Part shown: one piece after another, positions 57,156 to 64,000 of the stretch | Layout: each line of letters opens with the position of its first letter | How positions within the stretch are numbered: the first letter of the stretch is position 1 | DNA from: a virus | Reading direction: 5' to 3' (one strand) | Virus record (IMG/VR): IMGVR_UViG_3300044729_003129 | Span: 109,761-173,760 of that record | DNA length: 64,000 bases | Program-made: the position numbers and the translations under genes | The notes under the pieces: model-generated | Told to the model about the DNA's origin: nothing | Databases searched by the model: none | Seen by the model: the letters and a program-made list of their open reading frames with translations, nothing else

Positions 57156-57485
57156 TTATTCGATGACATCATTTACAGTTTCAACCTTTTCCCATCCAAC
57201 CATCTTGCACTTATAGAGGGTGCCATTGATGCCAACTACGTCTCCGCGAGAGAGCGCATACAGTTTTGCATCAGCGAATGTCTGACGCACAAACATCTGC
57301 TCAGCGTCAAGAAAACTTTCTGGGGCATTGGTCGCTTCGAACAGCCATTCCAGCATGTCATCGGCTCGCATGCAGCGAAATGTGATGTGTCGTTGGCGAT
57401 CGTCAGCGTCATCGACAAATCGGTTATTGAGGCTACGATAGAGTGAAACTGTGGCTACGGCAGAGGTAATATCAGTGGTGGTCAT
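57156..57485 (-). CDS. YodL-like early protein
   Basis: LEWLFEATN...ALSRGDVV..NG.LY.C..VGW; start after the promoter cassette. Confidence 0.55.
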   Translation of the reverse strand: MTTTDITSAVATVSLYRSLNNRFVDDADDRQRHITFRCMRADDMLEWLFEATNAPESFLDAEQMFVRQTFADAKLYALSRGDVVGINGTLYKCKMVGWEKVETVNDVIE

Positions 57486-57571
57486 ATTGTTGCTTACAGG
57501 ATTATTATACACTAAAACCCGCAAAAAGTACACAACTTTTTTCAAAAAAGTGAAAAAAGTTCACTTTTTTC
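57481..57571 (-). promoter_or_regulatory. Early promoter cassette 1, with upstream stem-loop
   Basis: A-tract, TGTACT-17-TATAAT, leader TGTAAGCAACAATATGAC; hairpin AAAAAAGTGAA/TTCACTTTTTT. Confidence 0.8.
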
Positions 57572-57589
57572 GACCTCCAGGGTCACATT

Positions 57590-58702
57590 TTAGTCAATTC
57601 CGGGTCCAGGTCTCAGTCTGGTGACGTATGGAAAGCGTGGAATGCCATCTGGAGTCAGGTTGAAATAGGTGCATGTAGCATATGTTCCACGAAGAGACTC
57701 AGCATCCTTTAAGAGCTCTTTCAAAAATGAGTGTGTACCTTTAATGTTGCTTCGAAAGGTTTTTCCATCTGGTCTTTGCAAGACCGCATAACCAGCCATG
57801 CCGCTCTTGTTGCCATTGCCTTCGCAAATTTCAACAATGAGATATTCGCCATCCTGAAACTCTTTGCGCTTGAGCAGCGAGTCACTACGCTTACACTCGT
57901 ATGGCGCGTCAACTCGTACCATCTGACCTTCATAGCCATCTTGCAAATAATTTTCATATGTCGCATCAAGGGAAATCTCGTCACATACCATAGTGGTAGG
58001 TACATCCACAATAATGTTTGGATTTAACTTGAATGCGTTTGCATAGTAAGCAGCCTGAGAAAAACGTGCCGAAAACTTTTTACTTGGGTCAACAGTATCA
58101 TACCACCAAAATTGGATCTTATTGGCACACTCCTGTAGGTCTGCAGCGGATGGTTTGGTTTTTTTCACAAGACTACAAATACTATTAAAGTCATCCTTAT
58201 ATTTGTGAGTATAAAGCTCGCCATCAAGCACAAGATCTGGATGTGCCTTAAAAAGAGGAGCCAACTCCTGCAAGATATGCGGAATTGTGACCCAGGCCTT
58301 GCCATTTCGCGTAGTTGCCCCCTTTGCTGTGATGACTGCTCGTAAACCATCAAGCTTTGGTTGACTATAGACTGGATAGACGACACGACTTTTGCGATCT
58401 TCCCATTTTTTAGCAAGCATTGGCTCAATATAGAGACTGCGATCAATGTCAGCAATTGACTCAAAACAACCACTTTCCTTTTTCTTTTTCCAGAGTGCTT
58501 GTGCCTCGAAAAGTGCTTGAGCTGAAATGTCGCGCTCATTTGCTCGGCCGACATTAGTGGCTTCACATGTGGTCCACAACGTGGTCACAATCTTGCCTCC
58601 GACCTTGCCATGATGGGTACGACACCGTCCATCTTCGATTTCAATCGTCCATTCTTGAATGCTCCCAGTCGATGTACGACTGTATAGTGTAGGTAATTTC
58701 AT
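57590..58702 (-). CDS. gp30: ATP-dependent DNA ligase
   Basis: PMLA, QPKLDGLR, LDGELY, GYEGQMVR, KRSDSLLKRK, GIPRFP. Confidence 0.93.
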   Translation of the reverse strand: MKLPTLYSRTSTGSIQEWTIEIEDGRCRTHHGKVGGKIVTTLWTTCEATNVGRANERDISAQALFEAQALWKKKKESGCFESIADIDRSLYIEPMLAKKWEDRKSRVVYPVYSQPKLDGLRAVITAKGATTRNGKAWVTIPHILQELAPLFKAHPDLVLDGELYTHKYKDDFNSICSLVKKTKPSAADLQECANKIQFWWYDTVDPSKKFSARFSQAAYYANAFKLNPNIIVDVPTTMVCDEISLDATYENYLQDGYEGQMVRVDAPYECKRSDSLLKRKEFQDGEYLIVEICEGNGNKSGMAGYAVLQRPDGKTFRSNIKGTHSFLKELLKDAESLRGTYATCTYFNLTPDGIPRFPYVTRLRPGPGID

Positions 58703-58720
58703 ACGATATAAAGTTGAAGT

Positions 58721-58957
58721 TTAGCGCATGCCACGAACATAGTCCTTTTCGCGGAGTTTGTGATAGGTACGTTCAAGAGTCTTCATTCCAGTATGGGTAC
58801 ATACAATCCAACCGTCTGGTTGACGAGTAAACGTCCATGCTGCTCCAATGCCAAATCGTCCTCGTTTTGTATAGATACCAAGGGCTTCGGCTGGGGTGCG
58901 AGCAAGTACTGTTGCTTCTCCACCAGTTTTTGTCTTTACAATGTATTCTTTGTCCAT
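58721..58957 (-). CDS. Hypothetical protein
   Basis: ORF starting MDKEYIVK after an A/C-rich leader. Confidence 0.55.
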   Translation of the reverse strand: MDKEYIVKTKTGGEATVLARTPAEALGIYTKRGRFGIGAAWTFTRQPDGWIVCTHTGMKTLERTYHKLREKDYVRGMR

Positions 58958-58976
58958 ATTTTTGTGTGTTGAGAGA

Positions 58977-59468
58977 TTAGAGAGCATAGACTCGGCTGTG
59001 TTTGCTTTTACAAATGACCTCGCCTGCAAATTGACCTTCTAGGTAACGGGCTCGTAGTGTGCCAGCATCGGTGTCTTGGACTCGCTGCATAAGTAGAGCG
59101 CCTTCATAGTTAGAACTTTTGAATAGTCCACCAACTGGAATCGCGCTCAAAAACCAACGTAACTTTCGTGGCGTCGCCTTGGTTGGTTTGAAGAGGTGAT
59201 GAAAGCGAACCGAAGTGGGGGACCAGCCAGAATGTTTGAGAACTTCAAGCACAATGAGTGGTTCGTACCATTGCTCTTGAATTATATCAGTGACACGATA
59301 GAGTGTGATGTCATCTGCAACGTTGCTGTCTTTGATGATGTCTCCAATGCGAACGTCTTGCTCAGAGATATGAGCTTCATAATCGGCGAGGGCAAGTTCT
59401 GCAGCCTCTGCTAATGTGGCGGAGTATTCTTCGGGACTGACTTCTGAGGCGTAGTAGGTGGTGGTCAT
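58977..59468 (-). CDS. Hypothetical early protein
   Basis: Starts at the cassette ATG (MTTTYY). Confidence 0.6.
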   Translation of the reverse strand: MTTTYYASEVSPEEYSATLAEAAELALADYEAHISEQDVRIGDIIKDSNVADDITLYRVTDIIQEQWYEPLIVLEVLKHSGWSPTSVRFHHLFKPTKATPRKLRWFLSAIPVGGLFKSSNYEGALLMQRVQDTDAGTLRARYLEGQFAGEVICKSKHSRVYAL

Positions 59469-59543
59469 ATTGTTGCTTACATGGTCATTATAGCATAAAC
59501 CGCGACAAAAGTACACAACTTTTTTCATAAAAGTGAAAAAAGT
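59464..59543 (-). promoter_or_regulatory. Early promoter cassette 2
   Basis: TGTACT-17-TATAAT (TG-extended), same leader and A-tracts as cassette 1. Confidence 0.8.
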
Positions 59544-59597
59544 CCCCGGACGGTGTCCCCGTATAGAGAAAATGACCTCCTGGAGGCCTAAAAAAGC

Positions 59598-60200
59598 TCA
59601 CAATTGAGGTATATCTGCACGGAGATACCGAAAAAGCTCTAGGGTTTGACGAATATCATAGGCAGCATCATGCGCGGCAGACTCATCCCATCCTAATTCA
59701 GCACATTGACACAGGGTTCCAAGTTTGAAATTTGGGAGAGCGCCTCGTACCCTCATTGTCATCCATGCGGCGGCTTGCATCACACAGATTGGTGGGTTCC
59801 AAAACCAACTGCCAAAAAACTGATCTCCATTTTTCTCAAAAAACCTACGAATAAAATCAATATCAAAAGCAGCGTTATATGCAACAAAGTGAAGCTTGTC
59901 CTTTTTATCAAACCTATCACAATGACGTCCTAACATTTCAACTAGTTGCGAATATGCCTCTCGAGCAGAAAGAGGCAAATCACTTAAACTTTGGAGAGTC
60001 ATTCCTGTTTTTGTGAGTGCTTCGTCCTGAACGCATTCTAGAGACAGTGGACGAAATCTCAAATCACATTCTTCAAGAATATTGAGATTTGCGTCAGTAA
60101 TTATTCCACTAATTTGAAATATTTCATTTCGGTCACGATCAAGACCAGTTGTCTCTACGTCAAGAAAAAAATGTTTGTATCCTGTGTATTGTGTGCTCAT
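59598..60200 (-). CDS. DEDDh 3'-5' exonuclease (DnaQ-like)
   Basis: FLDVETTG, AYNAAFDIDF, AHDAAYD. Confidence 0.9.
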   Translation of the reverse strand: MSTQYTGYKHFFLDVETTGLDRDRNEIFQISGIITDANLNILEECDLRFRPLSLECVQDEALTKTGMTLQSLSDLPLSAREAYSQLVEMLGRHCDRFDKKDKLHFVAYNAAFDIDFIRRFFEKNGDQFFGSWFWNPPICVMQAAAWMTMRVRGALPNFKLGTLCQCAELGWDESAAHDAAYDIRQTLELFRYLRADIPQL

Positions 60201-60730
60201 GATTGTTTATAATGATATAGTTTATGAGAAAGTTGAATGTTTGATAGTAAGAGGTGAGCCTCTGGAGTTGCTGGCCGGCCTATATGAGTTGAAAATATAT
60301 TATGCACCACATTTGCGACAGAGATGTCGTCATCTGTATCCAAAGAAGACGCATGTGTTTCAAACTGGAAAGCCGATCGATATCCAGTTTCTGTTTTAGG
60401 ATTTTGCGCGGCATATGCCCAAGTTTGAGACTCTGGGTCCGAACAAACATATTCCCATAATTTTCCATAGTTGCACCATATTGCACTGATAATATATTCA
60501 CGCACATTTATAGCGGTGTTGTTATAGTTTTTATACAGCGAGCACAACAATATTCCAGAACTTATAATCTCGTGAGTGTGGTTACATAGACCTCCAACAT
60601 ATGAGTATGGAGAGTCTGGAACCAGACTCAAAGGACATGTCAAAAAGGTTGGTGAGTCAAGTACCGGGAGACAATAATCCACAGTATTTGAGTCCTCACA
60701 CAGCTTTTTAAGTTCATCTAGTGTTAACAT
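60197..60730 (-). CDS. Degenerate HD-domain (YhaM-like) protein
   Basis: Y.GGLCNHT, AIWCNYGK..EY, HNIFSTH, PATPEA: HD scaffold with most metal ligands substituted. Confidence 0.55.
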   Translation of the reverse strand: MLTLDELKKLCEDSNTVDYCLPVLDSPTFLTCPLSLVPDSPYSYVGGLCNHTHEIISSGILLCSLYKNYNNTAINVREYIISAIWCNYGKLWEYVCSDPESQTWAYAAQNPKTETGYRSAFQFETHASSLDTDDDISVANVVHNIFSTHIGRPATPEAHLLLSNIQLSHKLYHYKQS

Positions 60731-60738
60731 ATTTTTTT

Positions 60739-61002
60739 TTAAAATTCAGCCGCATATGGCATGCCATCACCACCTCTAAACACATAACCATTTACATATT
60801 GAGGATCAGGATCAAACCCATGTGCAACCGGGGTAATTGTTGGCCGGCGATATGAGCGATAACAATTGTATGACCGGTACGTAGATGATGAGTGCGAACC
60901 AGAATATCTATAGTAACCAACCGATGAATAGCCGGTTGGGGTATATTCGACAACACAACTTGTTAAGCAAATTGATAGCAGTGCAACTATTAAACGTTTC
61001 AT
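60739..61002 (-). CDS. Putative lipoprotein
   Basis: MKRLIVALLSICLTSC lipobox; Tyr/Ser/Arg-rich mature part. Confidence 0.65.
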   Translation of the reverse strand: MKRLIVALLSICLTSCVVEYTPTGYSSVGYYRYSGSHSSSTYRSYNCYRSYRRPTITPVAHGFDPDPQYVNGYVFRGGDGMPYAAEF

Positions 61003-61003
61003 A

Positions 61004-61165
61004 TTAAAGGCTTTCGTCAACATTTACAAACCCTTCATCAATCAAGTAAGAAACTATAGTTTGTAGTGTCACCAAATCTGGAAGTGGATCCAATGTAAAA
61101 CAGCCATTGACATAGTAGACATCATGACCGCGAAGGTGAGCAATAAAATTTGATTTGTCATTCAT
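61004..61165 (-). CDS. Hypothetical protein (53 aa)
   Basis: MNDKSNFIAHLRGHDVYYV...YLIDEGFV; ATGA-coupled. Not in the ORF track. Confidence 0.5.
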   Translation of the reverse strand: MNDKSNFIAHLRGHDVYYVNGCFTLDPLPDLVTLQTIVSYLIDEGFVNVDESL

Positions 61166-61410
61166 ACAGTCAAAAAGATATACAGTGTCATAAGAATCAA
61201 AATGATCATAGTAATGCCCTGTAAAGCTTTAGGCGACAACATTTCGACTATGCATAATGCTGCAAAAATTTTTAGATTATGAAAATCTTTATTAAAAATT
61301 TTAGTAATTGCCCAATCCGCCCACAGCACTTGTAGATATATTCCAAGTGCTACAATTGCAAAAAAAGCAACTATGAATGCAAACGCCAGCGGCTTAGATA
61401 TAACTTTCAT
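61162..61410 (-). CDS. Small membrane protein
   Basis: 82 aa with two to three hydrophobic segments. Confidence 0.6.
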   Translation of the reverse strand: MKVISKPLAFAFIVAFFAIVALGIYLQVLWADWAITKIFNKDFHNLKIFAALCIVEMLSPKALQGITMIILILMTLYIFLTV

Positions 61411-61415
61411 ATGAC

Positions 61416-61610
61416 TTAAGACTGAGCACTAGCCAATTCCTTCAACTCATTTTCTAAAACATCAACTACTCTCTCGAGCGTGAGGCTTTCAGTTTGAAGG
61501 TCAAGTGCTTCAGCATAGCGGCCATCGGGCAAAATCTCAGCAATATCCTGTAGATTAGAGGCAATATCAGCGTTAAACTGAGCGATTAGTTTCTGTAGTG
61601 TATTTTTCAT
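61416..61610 (-). CDS. Hypothetical helical protein
   Basis: 64-aa acidic ORF in the operon. Confidence 0.55.
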   Translation of the reverse strand: MKNTLQKLIAQFNADIASNLQDIAEILPDGRYAEALDLQTESLTLERVVDVLENELKELASAQS

Positions 61611-61613
61611 AGA

Positions 61614-61760
61614 TTAGTCTTCAAGTGTAAATGCAACCAAGCACAGCATTGCGGCAAAAATAGGGGAGCCCCCAATGAGTGCAAATAATGCACCAATATA
61701 GAGCAATTTACGATGATTGCGGTTTGACATATTTTCTATGCGTTCTAGTAGTGTTTTCAT
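61614..61760 (-). CDS. Small membrane protein (48 aa)
   Basis: MKTLLERIENMSNRNHRKLLYIGALFALIGGSPIFAAMLCLVAFTLED; ATGA-coupled. Not in the ORF track. Confidence 0.5.
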   Translation of the reverse strand: MKTLLERIENMSNRNHRKLLYIGALFALIGGSPIFAAMLCLVAFTLED

Positions 61761-61966
61761 GCAGGTGTTTTCTTATTACGTTTTTTAGCCTCAATGCCGG
61801 CAATCTCTTCCTCCAAGGACCGTATGATGCCGTCATAGCTATGAATAACGGCACCGACATTATAACCGGCTCGTTTAATAAAAAACCCGCCAGAACCGTC
61901 TACCAGAGCTTCACGACTTTTGAGGTGAAGCTCAAAGTCAGTCTTTAGTGTTTCGAGGTGTGTCAT
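61757..61966 (-). CDS. Hypothetical early protein
   Basis: Starts at the cassette ATG (MTHLETLK). Confidence 0.6.
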   Translation of the reverse strand: MTHLETLKTDFELHLKSREALVDGSGGFFIKRAGYNVGAVIHSYDGIIRSLEEEIAGIEAKKRNKKTPA

Positions 61967-62033
61967 ATTGTTGCTTACATGACTATTATACCACAAAACT
62001 CACGATTTGTACACAACCTTTTTCACAAAAGTG
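61962..62033 (-). promoter_or_regulatory. Early promoter cassette 3
   Basis: TGTACA-17-TATAAT (TG-extended), same leader. Confidence 0.8.
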
Positions 62034-62146
62034 CATAAAATTCTCGACGAAATAGGAAAAATGTCTAATCTGGCATTAACTCAACACTATTTATCCGTTC
62101 CGGAACCTTCGGGCATAGTTTGGATAGGTCCTTATTTATGCTTGTC

Positions 62147-62212
62147 TTTTTTGGGGTTTTCTATGTACCATAGATTTATCTATATAGAAAACCATAGAAA
62201 ACCCCCAAAAAA
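62147..62212. repeat. Intergenic inverted repeat
   Basis: TTTTTTGGGGTTTTCTATG ... CATAGAAAACCCCCAAAAAA, one bulged base. Confidence 0.75.
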
Positions 62213-62231
62213 GTGAAAAAAGTTTATTTTT

Positions 62232-62993
62232 TTATGCTTCAAGCACCTGTACAATATAGCGTAATATCTTGCTGCGTACAATTTCACTATCTCCAAACTT
62301 AAAGGTGTGTATGTTATTTTCTACAGCAGATATATTGTTAAATCGAGAATAAATATCTGGATAGCCTGAAAGTTTACCAATATCTGACTGCTTAAGATCT
62401 CCGCAGATTACATATTTTGTATTTTTACCGAAACGAGTAAGTATCGTTACAAGCTCTGAACGTGTTAGGTTTTGTGCCTCGTCGACAATCACAACACTGT
62501 CATTGAATGTAAGACCGCGTACAAAATTTACTGGAGTGGCACTCACAACATTTGCATTGCGAAGTTGCAGACAAGTACTCTCGTCTGTAATCTCGCGTAT
62601 TTTTTCTAGACATGGCATTGCATATGGTAAAAACTTATCGTCAACCTCACCAGGCAATGCACCAATGCTACGAGACGCGCTTTCAATTACGCTGCGTATA
62701 TAGTTTATATGCTTAATCTTTTTGTCCTTAAAGAGTTCCAAGGCAGCAAGTACAGCAATATAACTTTTAGCGCTTCCTGCAGGACCGTCAACAAATGCCA
62801 TATTTGTATCGTCTGCCTTTATACAGTCATAAAATGCCTTGTGCGCCTCATTAAAGTGAAACGGCTTTTTGACTTTAAAATTAAAGCAGAAATTTAAAGC
62901 AATCGAGGACTCAATGTTAGTTGAGTCCTCGGCGAAAAGATCAGGTTTTGAAGCAGTAGCTTTTTTCTTTTTTTCTCGTTTGGCAGTGGCCAT
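62232..62993 (-). CDS. phoH: PhoH-family ATPase
   Basis: GPAGSAKS, GALPG, VRGLTF, IVDEAQN, LTRFG, GDLKQSD, IVRS. Confidence 0.93.
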   Translation of the reverse strand: MATAKREKKKKATASKPDLFAEDSTNIESSIALNFCFNFKVKKPFHFNEAHKAFYDCIKADDTNMAFVDGPAGSAKSYIAVLAALELFKDKKIKHINYIRSVIESASRSIGALPGEVDDKFLPYAMPCLEKIREITDESTCLQLRNANVVSATPVNFVRGLTFNDSVVIVDEAQNLTRSELVTILTRFGKNTKYVICGDLKQSDIGKLSGYPDIYSRFNNISAVENNIHTFKFGDSEIVRSKILRYIVQVLEA

Positions 62994-63055
62994 AATTTTA
63001 TTTGTGTGTTGTTATTGTTGGTGTTACCATGGTATAATACATCACTCCATTAAAA

Positions 63056-63820
63056 TTAAGATTTTTTAGACACGTCTGTGTCCAATTCGCTGCTGAGCGC
63101 AAGTGTGGTTGCGCGTTGTGAGTCATAGCGAGCACTTTCGATCCACGTTCCATTAAAGGTCGTCATTCCATTTTTAACCTTTAATAACTTTGTTGCTGTT
63201 GCGGCATCATAGCCTTTGTGCTGCACCACATAGTCAATGAGTGGCACTTCTGTTCCAGCTATAGCAAATATTGGAGCAGGAGCAACGGTTTTAACTTCAC
63301 TGCCTTGTACAAGTGAGATGAACCAATCCTTTTTAACCTTTTTGCCAGGACATGTTTTGCTTGTCTTTGGATCATCGCGATGAAACTTTAATGTCGTTTC
63401 ATTAACTGGCATGTCTAGCCAATTGAAGAGCGCCTTTGTAATTGCAGCTGTATTTTTCATGCATGCTAATCCACGACCGGTTAGCGGATCTTCACTGTCA
63501 TAGTCTCCAAGTATTTCGATGCCTATAGAGTTACGATTAAATGAAACTGCATGTATGCCAGGAACATTCAGCGGAGTCATACCAAAGATCTGATCCTCGT
63601 CAACAAAAAGATGTGGTCCACGATTCCAACCGAGTGATTGGTAATATGCCTTTATGTTTAAGATATGTTGAGCGAGCAACCCACTCTTGCGCTGCGCCAA
63701 TGAAGGTGCACCTGTGTGGTGTATAGTGACACTCTTTACATATGCAGGCTTTTTAAGCGTGCTTAGATATTCTTTAAATGACTCTACTGTCCAAACTTTA
63801 CCAACGTTTGCGTATGACAT
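63056..63820 (-). CDS. N-acetylmuramoyl-L-alanine amidase (Amidase_2), putative endolysin
   Basis: TIHHT, GPHLFV, GIHA..FN..SIGIEILGDYD, FHRD...KTCPG; AATAAATA box at 63827-63834. Confidence 0.85.
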   Translation of the reverse strand: MSYANVGKVWTVESFKEYLSTLKKPAYVKSVTIHHTGAPSLAQRKSGLLAQHILNIKAYYQSLGWNRGPHLFVDEDQIFGMTPLNVPGIHAVSFNRNSIGIEILGDYDSEDPLTGRGLACMKNTAAITKALFNWLDMPVNETTLKFHRDDPKTSKTCPGKKVKKDWFISLVQGSEVKTVAPAPIFAIAGTEVPLIDYVVQHKGYDAATATKLLKVKNGMTTFNGTWIESARYDSQRATTLALSSELDTDVSKKS

Positions 63821-63825
63821 AACTT

Positions 63826-63999
63826 TTATTTATTAGAATTTCCTATAATTATTGCTCTGCGATAGCTATAGTCGCTATGAAATTTTTGACCACGCCCAAT
63901 GAGTGTTCCTTCAGCAAAGGTGTATTGTTTTCCTTCGATGAGGGTAACTGTCACCGGATCATAGAGCGCCGAGACGTTCAAGCTTTCGTTTTTTTCTCG
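63826..63999 (-). CDS. Partial ORF (C-terminus) upstream of the amidase
   Basis: Open frame from the window edge: ...ALYDPVTVTLIEGKQYTFAEGTLIGRGQKFHSDYSYRRAIIIGNSNK*. Confidence 0.45.
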   Translation of the reverse strand, partial: REKNESLNVSALYDPVTVTLIEGKQYTFAEGTLIGRGQKFHSDYSYRRAIIIGNSNK

Positions 64000-64000
64000 T

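Noticed and set aside
57486-59528. Shared N-terminal peptide MKKVVYF...YN..VSNN as a protein family signature
   Set aside because: It is the translated promoter cassette; the likely starts are the downstream ATGs at 57485 and 59468.
62007-62216. 69-aa plus-strand ORF or a tRNA in the intergenic gap
   Set aside because: The ORF runs through promoter and inverted-repeat DNA against local gene orientation, and no cloverleaf is recognisable.
63826-63999. Spanin call for the partial ORF upstream of the amidase
   Set aside because: The N-terminus, where a lipobox or TM segment would be, lies outside the window; position alone is insufficient.

Overview
A 64-kb segment of a large, AT-rich T4-like myovirus genome; no rRNA, tRNA, CRISPR array, integrase or reverse transcriptase was recognised. 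From left to right it holds: (i) a holin-like pair and a UDP-galactopyranose mutase (glf) operon with two glycosyltransferase-like paralogs; (ii) a ~30-kb block of tail-fibre/adhesin-like and baseplate genes (BspA-like LRR, S74-chaperoned fibre, autotransporter-repeat protein, LamG, RCC1/FG-GAP propeller, FGE/C-lectin, collar fibres, VrlC-like, gp8); (iii) the T4 baseplate/tail core (gp7-like, gp6, gp25, a gp5 split over three genes, hub, gp53, gp48, gp4, gp2, gp54, gp26, gp51, tape measure); (iv) replication/transcription genes (gp32, gp59, gp33, thyX, ligase, DEDDh exonuclease), small early ORFs behind repeated promoter cassettes, phoH and an amidase. The most notable signals are a probable -1 frameshift fusing gp26 to gp51 just before the tape measure gene, late-promoter boxes only 5-7 nt before start codons (leaderless late mRNAs, including an 18-bp near-palindromic divergent promoter), the three-gene gp5, a combinatorial 72-bp LRR repeat array, and host-like (PVC-superphylum-type) adhesin domains. 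All family calls are motif recognition by eye, not database results. Several starts were moved relative to the ORF track.
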